Part shown: piece after piece, positions 49,556-62,514 of the stretch
Numbering within the stretch: the first letter of the stretch is position 1
Layout of the letters: each line of letters begins with the position of its first letter
Assembly: GCA_002269645.1 (NCBI GenBank)
Contig: NIVC01000084.1
Coordinates: 1,056,144 to 1,120,143 of the forward strand
Source: Macrostomum lignano
Lineage: Eukaryota
DNA length: 64,000 bases
Reading direction: 5' to 3'
The notes under the pieces: generated by a model
Told to the model about the DNA's origin: nothing
Database searches by the model: none
The model's input: only the letters and a program-made list of their open reading frames with translations
Translations under genes and position numbers: made by a program

Positions 49556-51226
49556 ATGCTCCTCTTGCCACTGCCGCTTCACTGCCTCTTCTTCTTCGCG
49601 GCCGCCTCGGCCGGCCCGACACCCACGGCTGTCTGGCAGTTCGCCCAGCGACCGCGGCTCTGTCGGTACCCGCCAAAGGCGGCTGCGGACGCTGCTGCCC
49701 CCAGCACGGCCGACCTGCTGGCCTGCTCGCGCAAGTGCGCGGCCAAGGCCCGCTGCGCTGTCTTCCAGCTGCGCCAGGCCGGCGCCAACCTCACCAGCGG
49801 CCAAGTCAAGTGCGCGCTCGGCACCGCCTGCGACTTGGACGTTGAGTGGCGCGAGTTCCCTCCAGCCGCTGCCGACTGCCTGACCTTCGTCAGCGAAGCC
49901 CGTCTGCGTGAAGCCGCCTGCGGCAGGTCCTCCGGAGAGCCTGAGCCGCCGCGCCCAACTGACGGCTCCGTTTTGTTTGACGAGCGAGGTGAGGCTGCGT
50001 TCAGAAGCTCAGCGCTGCACTTTTAGGGCAGGATAACTTTTTAGGGGATTTTGTTCAGCCCGGGGCAGAAATTCTTTGAGAACTCAATGAAGTGCAAATT
50101 TAGGTTAGACCTTCAGTCAAGAATGCAAGTAAGTCTCGCGTACGACCCAGACTGATGCTGAATGAACAAGCCAAGCTCTTGAATGCTCTATACTTAAATC
50201 TTGTCCCTGCATTATCCTTTGGAATAATTATTGCTACTCGTCTAGACATGAAAATAGGCTTGATGTTTAAATTATACCGGTACTAAAGGTTCGCATCTAG
50301 TAATAAAACTATTGGCTGAATCTAGAACCATGGCAACCTTCACAGCCCCCCTGGTGTCCAGAACCGGCGCTGCGAAGCTGCACCGTCTGCCCCCAGACTT
50401 GGGCCACCTCTGCTGCCGAATCTCCGCCTGGGGCGGCAGCGGCGGCCGCAGCGGCTTCGGCTTTCCCGGCGGCCGCGGCGCCTTTATTTCGGGCTGCTTC
50501 GAACTCAACGCCGGGGCCAACATCAGCATTGTCGTGGGCAGCGGCGGAGCAGACGCGGCTTCCGATGGCCTCGGCGGGGGCGGAGGCGGAGGCGGAAGCT
50601 TCGTCATGGAGCAGGGCCCGCTTGAGACCAGCCAGTTGCTGTTGGCTGCCGGAGGCGGCGGCGGCTGCGGCGGAGCAAGTGCCTCTGGGAGTCCATCAGC
50701 TGGTGTCGGTGGGACCGACTCCCGCAACGGAACCGCCGCCGCCGAAGCAACTGGCGCTGCCCGAGGTGATGGCGGCATCGATGGCGCAGGAGCTCCGGCG
50801 CCGCCTCCCAGCGGAATTTCCAGGGGCGGTCGGGGCGGCGGCGGCGCCGGCTGCCTCTCCAAAGGCTGGCACGGCGGCGACACGTCTAGCGGTGGCGACG
50901 GCGGCGAAGGCGGCACCATTGGCAGCGACTGGCTCGGCGGCGCCGGCGGCGGCGCCGGCAGCAGTTTCGGTGGATTCGGCGGCTTCGGCGGCGGGGGCGG
51001 AGGCGGGGGGAGCGGCCCCAGTGTCCCGGCGGGAGGCGGTGGTGGAGGCGGCGGCTACTCGGGCGGCGGAGTCGGCGGAGATTCCGCGCTGGGTGGCGGC
51101 GGCGGAGGCAGCTACGCTTCGGCGGAGGCCAAGAACGTCGTGAGCGCCGATTCAAATAACACGGAGGCGAGCGGCCGGGTCCGGGTCGAGCTGGTTGGCT
51201 CGGCCAGTGGCGGCTGTTGCATCTGA
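49556..51226 (+). CDS. Secreted protein: signal peptide + PAN/apple-like domain + ALK/LTK-type glycine-rich domain; exons 49556-49988, 50346-51226 (437 aa)
   Basis: Hydrophobic N-terminus; C...ACSRKCA...C..F...C pattern. GAG|GTGAGG and TTCACAG| are phase 1. AWGGSGG...GGRGA...G.F.L..G..I.I.VG.GG...GGGGGGSFV...LLLAAGGGGG. Confidence 0.75.
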
Positions 51227-52363
51227 GAGAAGCTTCTCCTCCAGCTTTAAAAATGAACATCAAAACTTAGTTAACCTGAAAAAATTAACGCTTTATTGAC
51301 AAAAGTTTTCTGACCTTGCAATTCAGTGCCTCGCTGTGGCCGCTGCTCTCAAAACATCTGAACCGTTGAACAGGTGGAAATATCCGTGAAATTTGATTCT
51401 TTATGTCATTATACTAATTACTATTAACGAAACGTCTAAACAAGAAAAATGGATAAAGATGCCAAGCCCTTGTGATCGCATACATTTAGTGAGCAACTTG
51501 TCCCGAAGGGAGTTTTCTTGTGTGAAATATTTTAGTGATTGACGCAGTTCCGTCTCACCGAGAAACTGGTTTAGAGTCGTATTTTCAGCATTAGCAGCTG
51601 ATAATCTGTAAGCAAACAGAAAAGTATTGAATACTTTCAAGTCCAGGGCTTGCAACTCTAAAGGCGTTGTTACCCCTTGTCAGCCTTAGTTTAGCAGCTG
51701 ATTGGCGCCGAGTCTTCAGTAAGTCGGGCGGGCTCCAGCAGGTGAGGCTGTGAAGAGAGATCATAGCAGTAGATAACACAGTTCACGTAGTGAAGGCAAA
51801 ATCATCTTCAAAGTCTCCAAAAATAGAGCCCATTATAAAAAAAACTAACAAAACCAGCAAGTCAGAAGGAAGTCAGCACCTTTTACCAGAAGTTTTTAGC
51901 CTTTTTAGTCTATCGTTTTTTATATACCTACCATCTATTTGCAGACGTTAATTCAGTGAAGTTATTCATGTAGGATATATGAGCACTGTGAAAAGGATTA
52001 TTGGGACCCAGATTCCTAAATTGGTTGCTCCATAGACCCCCTTTTGGGCCATAGACAATGAAAAACAAGTCTTCAATGGCTTGATTCTCCCAATAAGGAT
52101 TAAATTGCTTGCTTCTAGGCTCAATTACTGCAATATCACAACCCCGCCTGCCATTGTGCAGAAACTCTGATGAAAATTCCCAGGCTGTTAGGATTTCACG
52201 AGCGTATCTTGTTTCAAAAGTGGCTGAAGTGATCCCCAATTGATTTTTTGTTGAAGTTCAGTTGAGTTTTACGTATTCGGTAACTCTTAAAAAACGTATT
52301 TTTTTAAACCGAACGAGTTACGGGCTGCATTTCGGGTGGTCTCGCTTTTCACATCTCCAGGGC

Positions 52364-55363
52364 TCACCCCCTAGCGGACAGCACTGGATATTTTGGCTCG
52401 TAAACACGCAGACTCACCGATGAGGAAATCAGCTGTACCAGTTTGTCCCGTGTCAGTCGGTGCTCCGAAATGGTTCGGTGATGTGCCTGGATCAGTTTCA
52501 CCAGCTGCTTGCGATCTGAGCAGTAGTTTAGCACCATTGCCAGCTCCTGTACGTCAGCATCCTTGCTGGCCGTCACATCGTCGAACCACTTCTGCGCCAG
52601 CATCGGATTCGAACTCGAGCCGTTCAGCTCTAATGTGAGACACTTTCTAAGAGCGTCAAAATTAACAAAATGGAACATGTTGTAGTTGTTCATCTCGACG
52701 GGAAAGGTGGCGCTGAGGAACCCAATCTTTGAGTAGATCACTGGTCTCTGGTGGTGGTGGAAGAAAAACTTCCAGGCCGAATCAGTTCCTTCCAGCTGCT
52801 GCCAAAGCAGCTTCTGCGCGAATTTTTCCGCTTCGATTTGAGTCGTGGTTTCCCGAACTTGCGGCTGAAGCCTGCTGAGCTCAACACCGTGGCTCACGTG
52901 ATGATTCACCATTGACTGCAGAGCTGCCTTCGCTTCTGCATGCCTTTCAAAAAGTAAATACGCCAGTGCTCTGAGCGTTTCTCTGGCTGTTAGAGCGCAG
53001 TCCGGAACTCTTCCGATGCAGTTGAGCACAGCTTTCAGGCTGCAGCTTCCGCTAGAACCCGAAATCTGCATCACAATGTTATGGATGGCATCTTTAGTTC
53101 ATAGTATTCATACTGCGCAGACTTGGGTTCGAATTTGTACCAGGGGTACGGAATAATAAGGAAGGGATGCATGTAGAACCTCTGCTAATCTAGAGGTCTC
53201 AGCTGATCCACAAAGCGGCACAAGTGCTTCATCAAGTCGCTAATTGTCCTTTCCACCTCCACCGCGATGTCGGGCTTGCTGCTGCTCCCAGTCTTCAGGT
53301 ACACAACTGCATCCCGCAGGAAGAAGTGCCGCATGCAGCCGGGTCCTTCCGACTCACTCAGCTCACGCACCAGTCGCCGCAGTGACTTTTCAATCAGCAA
53401 GACCAAGTTTTCGGGTCGCCACTCCGTCTCTGGCTCAGATTCCAGCATGTAAAACAGCAGGCATTTCGCATGGTACGTCTTCAATCCCTTAACGTTTTGC
53501 GCAATCACTTTTTTGATTAGATACTTGAGCACAATGAATAGTTGACCTTGTGTGTCAGTCAGGCTGCGCATGAGATGCCGCTCCAAGAAAGTAGTGCTCA
53601 CTCTGAGCTGCCTACCAGACTCACCGGGAGGTGCGGTGGTCACTAAGTGACAGCAGGAATTGCGCAGCTGCTGCCTGAGTGACTCCCGCAGTTTTGGGGG
53701 TAAAGAACTGTTCTGCTGGTCAGGCCTCTTTGGCTGGCTACCGACATGTAGATCCGCAGGATTGGCATCTGCGATTGCTGAGCAGCCGCACTTCCTTCAA
53801 TGGCTTCAATGTACGGGTAGCTGCAGCACTGGAACGCACTAACAAGATCGAATGCCGGCATCAAGAATGACCCATTCATCTGCATGGCCGGGTTGTCACC
53901 TGGAATTGCAATGTACGAGAGGGGATGGGATTCAAGAACTTTTCCTTTAAAAATGATCGATTCGGGAACTGAATAGCAGTTAATAGAACCAATTTTACCT
54001 GAACCAGAGTAAATCACATGGCCGTTTCGATAGGGTATCAGCTCAAGTCCTTTGCCACTGCACTGGCACCTGCCTTGAATGTGGCACAGTCTGCCAGGGA
54101 CAAACTCTGTCACGTCAATGTCGGAGTCGGCGTCAGTTCTGCCTCCAAGCTGGCACAGGCTGTTGCCCCAACCTTCAGAGAAGCTGCCGACAAAAAATAT
54201 TTCGCTCTTTTTCATTCTTTTCTGCTCAATTTCCTGCATGATGTCCGCCACGGTGGCCTGCACAGCAGCCATTTTGCTCACGAACCCAGTCTCTCTAAGC
54301 CGTCCGCTCAGCTCTGCACTCGCGCTGTTTTAATTGAAAAGAAAATTGTTGATTAGCATATTGGTGATAAATTTAGCAGCTTCGTATGTGCTCACCTGAT
54401 TGGATCCGGCGGCTCCCCTGGATGATTAGAAAACGCAAAGGAACCGCTGGTCGCTGAAGTGTCCTTGACCTCCGTAAATCCATGCCTCATCAGTAGCTGA
54501 GCTGTTTGAGTGCAACCAATCAGATGAGCGATTTGAATTGGAGTGATTGTTGAGTCTGTCAGTAGCTCAACTACAGCTGGTCGCGAGGTCACCGTCGCAG
54601 CAAATATCGGCGTCCACCCGTCCCGATTCTGAAGGTTGACATCGGCACCGGCCTTGATTAAACAGTCCACTGTTTTCACATGACCATTCAGCGCTGCAGT
54701 GAACAACGGCGACTCCCCGGAGATCGTCTGGAGGTCTATTGAGGCTCCGGAAGCAGCGAGTGTCTTCACGACATCCACGTGACCGTTGGCAGCGGCAATA
54801 GAAAGTGCTGTTTCTCCCGTTCGTCTTTGAAAATCGACATTAACGCCAGATTTGATGAGCTCTCGAACTACCGGCTCGCGCCCCTTGTCGGCCGCAGCAA
54901 ACAGTGGAGTCTCGTCCTCGTTTCTGGTCAGGGCGATGTCTGCCGTTGCAGAAATCAGCGCTTGAACAACTTTTAAGTGGCCGTTCACGCAGGCGATCAG
55001 AAGCGGAGTGGTGCCACTCCTCCTTCGGAGATCAACGTCTGCGCCCGCAGAAATCAGTTCCTCGATCACTTCAAAGTGACCATTCTGCGCGGCCACGTAC
55101 AGCGGCGAAGACCCAATAGCTGTCTGTCGCAGGTCCAAATCCGCCCGGACTTTTAGCAACAGCTTGACCAGCCGAAGGTGACCGTTCTGGCAGGCTGCAA
55201 ACAGCGGAGTGATCCCGGAGCTGCTGCGCCGGTTCACCCTGGCCCCGGCCTCGATCAGCCGGTTGGCCTCCTCCACATGGCCCGTTCGGGCGGCAACGTG
55301 CAGCAGCCTCGGATTTTCTTTGTCGCTGGCTGCTGACAACGCATCTTCATGTGGCTGGTCCAT
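52364..55363 (-). pseudogene. Ankyrin-repeat + Mab-21/cGAS-like nucleotidyltransferase (cGLR) + helical tail; exons 55363-54396 and 54324-52364; two -1 frameshifts (~53790, ~53099) and an in-frame TAG (53187-53185)
   Basis: 8-9 ankyrin repeats; phase-2 GT-AG intron. GSFSEGWG...DSDID...FDLV; CHLV..PP...LRVSTT.LER; LKTYHAKCLLFY..E....W..ENL; MRHFFL. The frame continues past the TAG as QRFYMHPF. Confidence 0.85.
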
Positions 55364-57221
55364 GCAGTTCGCGGAGCTGTGAAACTGAATTTAAGCAACG
55401 AGAAGAGTCAGATTTCCCTGTGACTTCAGTCTGCAAGGAATAAATACTGAACGGAGAGCCAGGCTTAACCTAGAGAAAACTTCAGTTGGAAAATTTATGC
55501 AAAAGCAGAGGATGCAGTTGGACGACGCTGTACAATTTTTGCGCACTATATGGCTGGGAGAGTGTAACTTTGATCCTCTGTACTATGTGATTGCCTTCTC
55601 CCCTATTTTTCCGCGCTAACTCCTGGGAACTGGCTAGGGAAGCGGAGAGGACCCGGATGCACTTCCACCTGAAAGTGACTGGCTTTGGTCTGCTGCTGGT
55701 CTGCTTTTTGGTCTGCTTCTGCTAACTACTTACGGCTACTAAAACGCTGAAAGGAGTCACAGAGTAGTTTTTCAGACGGAATTAACTGCTGAAGTCTGTC
55801 TTATCCACCGATTAGACCAGTTTTGTCAAGTAGTTCTGTAAGGAGACTTTAGAATCTGCAAAGGCAATCAGCCAGCCAGTGCTCACAAAATGAGCTTCTG
55901 CCCGGAAGTTTTAAAAAACCAATCGGCCCCTGCCTCTGTCTTTTTTGTATCCGCCTTTCTGCCTCTGAAATTAATGCATCTGATTAGTTTCACCCAAAGT
56001 ACATCAACAATGTACATGACAATGCTCTGAACTGAGCCGGAGCATTTTCTGTAGAACTTCCCAGGTCTCGTTGCTTCTCATAACTTTGACAAAATAATTT
56101 CGACTCAAAAGAAACCAAAACCCCGTGAATTCAGTTTCCTCGAGTGTAGAGAGCACAAAGGCATTTATATTGAGGAACATTTGAAACTGCAGTGTCTGTA
56201 TATATTTCACGCTCATCTCTAGTAGAGTACACTAGTACAAATTTTGAGTACACTCCCTGCAGGGCGATCCGAAGAGGGGGGGGCGAGCGCCGTCCATTCC
56301 ATTCCAAAAGATGCATAGTCCAAGCCCGCAATGTGCGCGTGAGTTTCTCAGACTCACGAGCTGCACTGATGCTTCTAACCCTCCGTATCACAATGTACGC
56401 ATGTACCTTATGCGATAGAGACGCAGAGAAAGCCAATTTCGATTCACTGGGGAAACTGAAGGATGTATAGCCTCCTTTTTGAATGGTTTGTTAAGGAAAA
56501 CCGGTGCCCTTTATTTCGCTCCCAAACCGAGAGCTTTGTACCAGCCTTCCTCCTGTGGAAGACTACTGGAATTTGATGGATACCGATTGCCGTTAGGAAC
56601 TCATTGAGTGGTTAAGCAGCTTGCCTTGCGTCCTCCAAGGACATTAGATCCGCCAAGTACAGCCATTTTGATGCTTTTCCCAACTGCAAAATTAAATTGA
56701 AGGTTAATACCATTTCCAAGGTACTTGTGTTAGTACAAGGAACGAGTGAGCCTCATCAACGTGAGTCTTCAAATATCCTGTGTTTAGCACCAGATCTGAC
56801 ATCTGCGGCGGCAGTCAGCTTAGAGCTGAGGACGTCGGTCTAAGCAAGTACTCTGATAAAAGCTCGCTCGTAATGCTAAATTCTCAATCCAAGCTAATCG
56901 ATTCAACGGTTCAATGCAAATCAGTTCAGCTCAACAGACACGCTGTAGATAACATTAATGTGCTTCAGCGATAGCTGGCTAGGTAAAAGCTGGAAATCTC
57001 TCTGGTTCTCAGGTGTGTCGGCGTGGAAAATAATTTACCTGCGATATGATGTTTCACCAATATTCACCAGACACAGCAGCAGTATTCACCAGAAACAGTA
57101 GCAGTATTCACTGGACACAGCAGCAGTATTCAGTAGACACAGCGGTAGGCACAAGTGGTTGGCATATTTACTATGGAAAAGAAAAGTCGGGAAGGGCAGC
57201 AGAAGAAGCACGAAATTCCAA

Positions 57222-59304
57222 CTTGAATCCAAGGGCCTGCTCTCGCCGGCCCAAGCTGGGTTCCGCCGCGGACGAAGCACGGAGGAACAACTGGCGCGTG
57301 TCTGACAAGACATTTTTGACGGCCTAGAACGCTCCCCGGCCTTCCGAAGCATCCTCAGCTGCCAGGATTTCAAAAGCGCGTATGAAACCGTCTGGAAAGA
57401 GGCCCTGACTTTCAAGATGGTCCAGGTTGGCATCGACGCCCACACGACCAGCTGGACAGCCGCTTTCCTTGAAGACTACAGAGCCACGGTGTGCTGGAAC
57501 GGCCCCTCAGCAGCCAACGCACCTTCCGCGAGGGTCTGCCACAAGGGTCGGTGCTGGCCCCGACCCTTTGGACAATTTTCGTCAACGATCTTGCCACAGA
57601 CGTTACTGAAGCATCTCCCAGCTGCGGGTTGAGCCTTTACGCGGACGATTCGGCGCTTGTGGTCCCTCTACCATCCCTGCCCAAGTGTGTGGAGGTCCTT
57701 CAACCAGCCCTGGATGCCGTGACCACCTGGTGCTCCCGCTGGAAGATCGAATTAAGTATCCACAGGTGCTGCTACTGTACTTTCACCCTCGCTCCTAAGG
57801 AAGTCAACGGGAAGGTCCGGGTCCCGCTCCAGCTCGGCAAAGAGCCTCTCAATTTCGACCCGAATCCCAGGTTCCTTGGCCTGGTTCTCGACGGCCAACT
57901 CAATTTCACGGCCCACGCTGCTGATTTCCGTAAGTGCATGAGCCAAAGCCGACGAGCCCTGGCTAGCCTCGCGAGCAGGAAGGCCGGCGCTTCCCAGAAG
58001 GTCCTTCGCACTGCCTACCTGGCGACCATCCGAGCCGTCGCCGACTATGGCTGCGGCATCTGGGGAGCGAGCGCCGCGCCGAGTACCAAATTGCTGATTG
58101 AACAGCAGCAGAACGTCTGTGCGCGCATCATCACCGGATGCCCGCAGCTCACCCACACTACGAAACTCCTAGCTGCGGCGAACCTACCGCCATTTGGTCA
58201 CGTGATCCTTGAGCGCGCCGCTCTCCTCCGCGAACGCGCCCTCCGCCTGCCAGACAATGTCCCGGCCCACGGCTCCGCGGGGCGCACCACCCGCAGCAGA
58301 CTCCTCAACCGCGCACATGAAAGCTTCAACCGGCGACAGGTTGGAGCCGGCCATCAACCCACTGCTTTTGAACGACTACCGTCGTCCTTTCCGAGGCTGC
58401 TGGCGACGCGTGGCCCTTGAGCTCACTGAGGCCGCCTACCTTGAGGCCCTCCCACGCGAGCCCTACCCGCCACCGACCCCCGATACCAGCTGCTGGTATA
58501 GATGTCTGGACCGACGGGTCCGTCCGAGACGGCACCTCGGATGCCTGGGGTGCCGCCGTCATCACCACCCGCCTGTGGGGCACCACTATCGCCACTCCCG
58601 CCGGCCGGGTCGCATGCTCCTTCCAGGCGGAGATCTGCGCCATACGGGCGGCCCTCGACTACACAAAACAGCTGACGCCGGACCATGGTGCGTCGATCCG
58701 TATCCACAGCAACTCGCTGGCGGCGCTGACAGCCCTCGAGCACGGCCCCTGCGACCAACGCTCGGTGGATGGCAGCCTTTGCTGGTCAACGCTGAGCGCC
58801 ATTCAACACAGCTGCGAGTTTTTATGGGTCCCGGCGCACTGCGACATCCTGGGAAACGAGATGGCCGACCGCCGCGCCAATCGCGCACGTCTGGAACGTC
58901 AGCAGGACAGGCCTATCTCATTCCATGCTGCTAAGGCGGCCCTTCACCGTGCGAGAACCGCCCTAGACCTCGAGGTGCTGGGGCCATGCTGGCACACCAC
59001 CCCCCTGCACCTCAGCCGCGCCGAGACAGTCGCCATCAACCAGCTCAGGGCGGGATGCTCAATGCTGGCTAATTCCACCAGCCACCGTCTCGGCCTCACT
59101 GACGATCCGCTCTGCCGCGACAGAAGATCACATTCTTTTCGAGTGCCCGCGCGGCGACGGTATCCGCGTTCGCTATGCCAACTGGGACGAGGCCCTAAAA
59201 CATCCCGAGCAGGTCCTCGCCCTTCTGCGCAGACTGGGGCGCCTCTGAGCGCTCGTCCACCTCACTGCCTGTAGCAGCTGTGAGGACGGTGGACAAAGAA
59301 AGAA
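57222..59304 (+). mobile_element. Degenerate 5'-truncated non-LTR retrotransposon (RT + RNase H, I/Ingi-like)
   Basis: [57 protein letters not shown]...GNEMAD spread over several frames. Candidate TSD ACGAAATTCCAA/ACGAAAATCCAA (11/12) at 57210-57221 and 59305-59316. Confidence 0.85.
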
Positions 59305-59558
59305 ACGAAAATCCAATCAATAGACAGCTGTGGAGCAAAAATTAGACTGCAGAGGCAATTTATATCACCCTATCCGCCATGTTTAGGCGATTTCACAGGG
59401 TTAGGATGGATTGCCAGCAAGTTTCAAATCGAAACTGCAGCTCAGCTAACATTTGAACTTTGTCACCAACAGCAATGAATGTCAGTTCTGTAAAGTAGAG
59501 CACTGCAGATTCCAAATTAATCCGCAGTTTCCACGTCACCACTGCTCAAACCTTCAGA

Positions 59559-60912
59559 TTAGCCGGTACTCGGCATCGACTGGCTGGTCGGGCTGGGCTT
59601 CGACTTGTTGAAGAGCTTACTGCTCAGAAAATTGTTCCTGTAGAACCTTCTAAACTTTCTCCCAATCAAATAGGGAACCCATTTGAGTGCCGGATTGAAG
59701 TACATCAGAGCGTTCAGCAGAATTTTGGCCTGCTTTTCGGCATTGTCCGTAATGATCAGAACGCTGTCATTGCTTTCCAGATAGCTCAGAATAGTGTACG
59801 GAGCCTCGCAAATGAAGAAGATCAGACTGGTTGTTATGAATATCTTGGACACCGTCACTGTCTGGTCCGGGCGATTGGCTCCGAGATCTTTCCCATTCCG
59901 GTTGAGATGAACCACAATGACCGCTAGCGTGAGGAGCAGCAGAAGGAACACCGCCACCCTGCCAATGAAGAATGTGTACGTCCTGTAGAACTGGTCGATC
60001 GAATCTTTTTGAAAGTAGCAACGGTTTCTTTCGAAATTCCAAGCAGCGCTGAAGACTTTGGCGCAGGGTAGAAGACCCAGCGCGATGAGCAGCAGCTGGT
60101 ACAGAATGACGTTCCTCTTGCGCAGCAGAGTGTCGCTCTTCAGAGGCGCCAGAGTCGCGCACAGGGAGTGAAAGCAGAGTCCCAGCCGGATGAAGGGGCT
60201 GCCGTGCAGCAGCCAGATGGTGAAAAGATAGTACACAATGCAGACTTCGATGCTGGTCTGCCGACGGTAGTCTTCAACTCCCAATATGTGGCCCATCACG
60301 CTCGGGGCCAGGTGGTGCGTGACAGACTTGCCAGCCGTGAGCAGGAAGTCGAACCAGCAGCTCACCAGCATGCTGAGCCTCACGGAGAAGGGAAAGCAGT
60401 CGGGGTTGCGCAGCAGCACCAGCGCACAGGAGGCATTGCCCCAGACCCCAACCAGCATGACGAGGGGGAAGAGCCAGATGAAGACGCGAGACTGGAAGAA
60501 CACGTAGCCGGCCTCCGCCCAGTAGGGCTCAGCCGCAGCTGCTGGAGACTCTGCACCTGATGAACCGTTCTGGAATTTTTGTTGCAGGGTGGATCTGGGC
60601 TGTCTGTCAAATCACAAAGCAGGCAACATTTCAATTGAGTTAGTTGGCAGATGTTTGGGTTCTGGCACCTGTTTTGAAGACACAGGTGAACTGCAGACAA
60701 CGAGGAGGCAACTGGGCAATCTTATGAGCAGGCATGCGAATGGATTCATACACAAGCATGTTCTCAAGTGAAGCCTTGGGAATTTGCTTTTAAATGACCC
60801 TCAGCGTTCCGACTGACAACCCGAAATTGGTTTCACGGACTCGAACCTGGGTAGACTGGCCCGAGACAGAGTGAAAATTTGGCCATGGCAAAGTGACCCA
60901 AAAACTTACCAT
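59559..60912 (-). CDS. Orphan rhodopsin-class GPCR, 347 aa; the ATG is the last codon of an upstream exon (60912-60910), main exon 60599-59559
   Basis: Seven hydrophobic segments; GVWGN (TM1), FFICEAPY (TM6), NPALKWVPY (TM7), non-canonical DRY region. GAATG|GTAAGT donor and ACAG|CCC acceptor are phase 0; N-glycan site NGS. Confidence 0.8.
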
Positions 60913-61581
60913 TCTCTCTCAGGGCAGAGTCGAGACAGGTTAGGCCAAGATTCCACCCAGCTCGGTCTCATATATACTGTAAATGTTGGGAGGGTCCCGC
61001 ATTGGAAGCGCAGCTGCCTCCCTCTGTGCGATTCTCACAAAACTGCCGCATCTGCAATGCAGACCGCATCAAGTCACGCAGTCTTTTTAAGCATCAATTT
61101 TTTATCGCGGGAAGACTTTTTGAATTGAGCAGCTGCCTGCTGGTTAAGACCTCCTGCCCTTCTTTGTGGGCACTGGCCCCATGATTTACAGTGGAATCCT
61201 GCCGTGGAGCTGGGCGTTGGCCAAAGTCATCGAATTCACTGTTGGATTTTGCCATGCATGCAGTTCTCACAATTTCCATGCTAAACAGGAAATAAGGAAT
61301 TCTCAATGCTTTTTTGGCTGTACCTAAAGGGATTTGATTCCTCGATTGAAAATGCGTTGCGACAGGTTGGATTCGGTGCAGCTGCAAGTTCCTGCAGACA
61401 AGCTGGTTCGAGCCAATTATATTCGAATGGTGCTGCTTCCCATGCGCCCATGCACACCCTGCATAATACACGCAGGCCATGCATTTGTTGTTCCTTTGCA
61501 TTTCTTTTTTCAGTTTGAAACTCAAAGCTGAAGACTTACTGAACATTCTCTGTACCTGCAGCAGTTGTACATCTACTGCAG

Positions 61582-62015
61582 TTGGCTCAGCCGTCACTGG
61601 AGACCGTCTCGTTCAATAGATACGACGGTGTGAGCGGCCGCCTCTGCATCAGCAGTCAATTTGTTCTCACTTTCTTGAAGTCGGCCCTTTGCAGCAGCGA
61701 TCAGCCAGGCCTTCACCACCGCCGAGGTCCGCGCCAGCTGTTCGTGTTCGAACAATGCAGCAAGTCGGTGAGGGACTGCAGCTGCTCCAGGAGAGGCCGC
61801 CTGTTCGCCAAGTACGGATCGAGAGGATTCTACCTTGGAGGATGGCAGATGCCGGCCAGCCCGAAGCTGGCAAGCAGGTGGATCTGGGCCGGCTGCAACA
61901 CCACGATTGACTTATTGGCTCTGTTTTACACTGACGGACTGAGCAGCGGAGCCAGAAGCGAGGACGTCACCATAACCGCTGTCTCCCTGTCCCAGTTGGT
62001 CGATGTGACGCCCTG
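61582..62015 (+). CDS. Possible internal exon of an unidentified Cys-containing protein
   Basis: Stop-free 145-codon frame bounded by CTGCAG| and TG|GTGAGA; partner exons not found. Confidence 0.35.
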
Positions 62016-62514
62016 GTGAGACGAGCCCTGTGCGAGTGCGTGTCACCGTCCGATTAGGCTCAGAAAAACTTTTTTAGCTAATATGTACTTATTTGGAGTA
62101 GCGGTTTAACTCAGTTCCTCTGTATTTCTATTAGTATTTCTGCTGCGTAAGTACATTGTAGCAACCTTGGTACATGTACATACGTATCACGATAAAGCCT
62201 CCCGAGTACAAAGTGCTGCCACTCGTGTTTCTGTCTGGATTGGCAAACCAGCAAGGGTTTCTAAACTTTCTAAATTCTTTTCTGTAGCTGCGTCAAGTCG
62301 TATCTGACTTTAGCCATAAAGAAATTGAAATATACGAATGCACTGCCACCATGTATCTACAATACCACGTATATAGAATAATGAAAATTTAATTTTGACC
62401 CTACGCGAATTCCTTTTACAAGCGTTAGTGTACCTTACTCGCGTCTGTAGAACGCAGGCACAGTGTGACATCAGGGACAAAGATGGATTAGAGCTCAGTA
62501 GCCTAGCTGCTCAC

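Noticed and set aside
60780-60870. tRNA B-box (GGTTCGAGTCC, minus strand) in the GPCR intron
   Set aside because: No A box or cloverleaf could be built; at most a SINE remnant.
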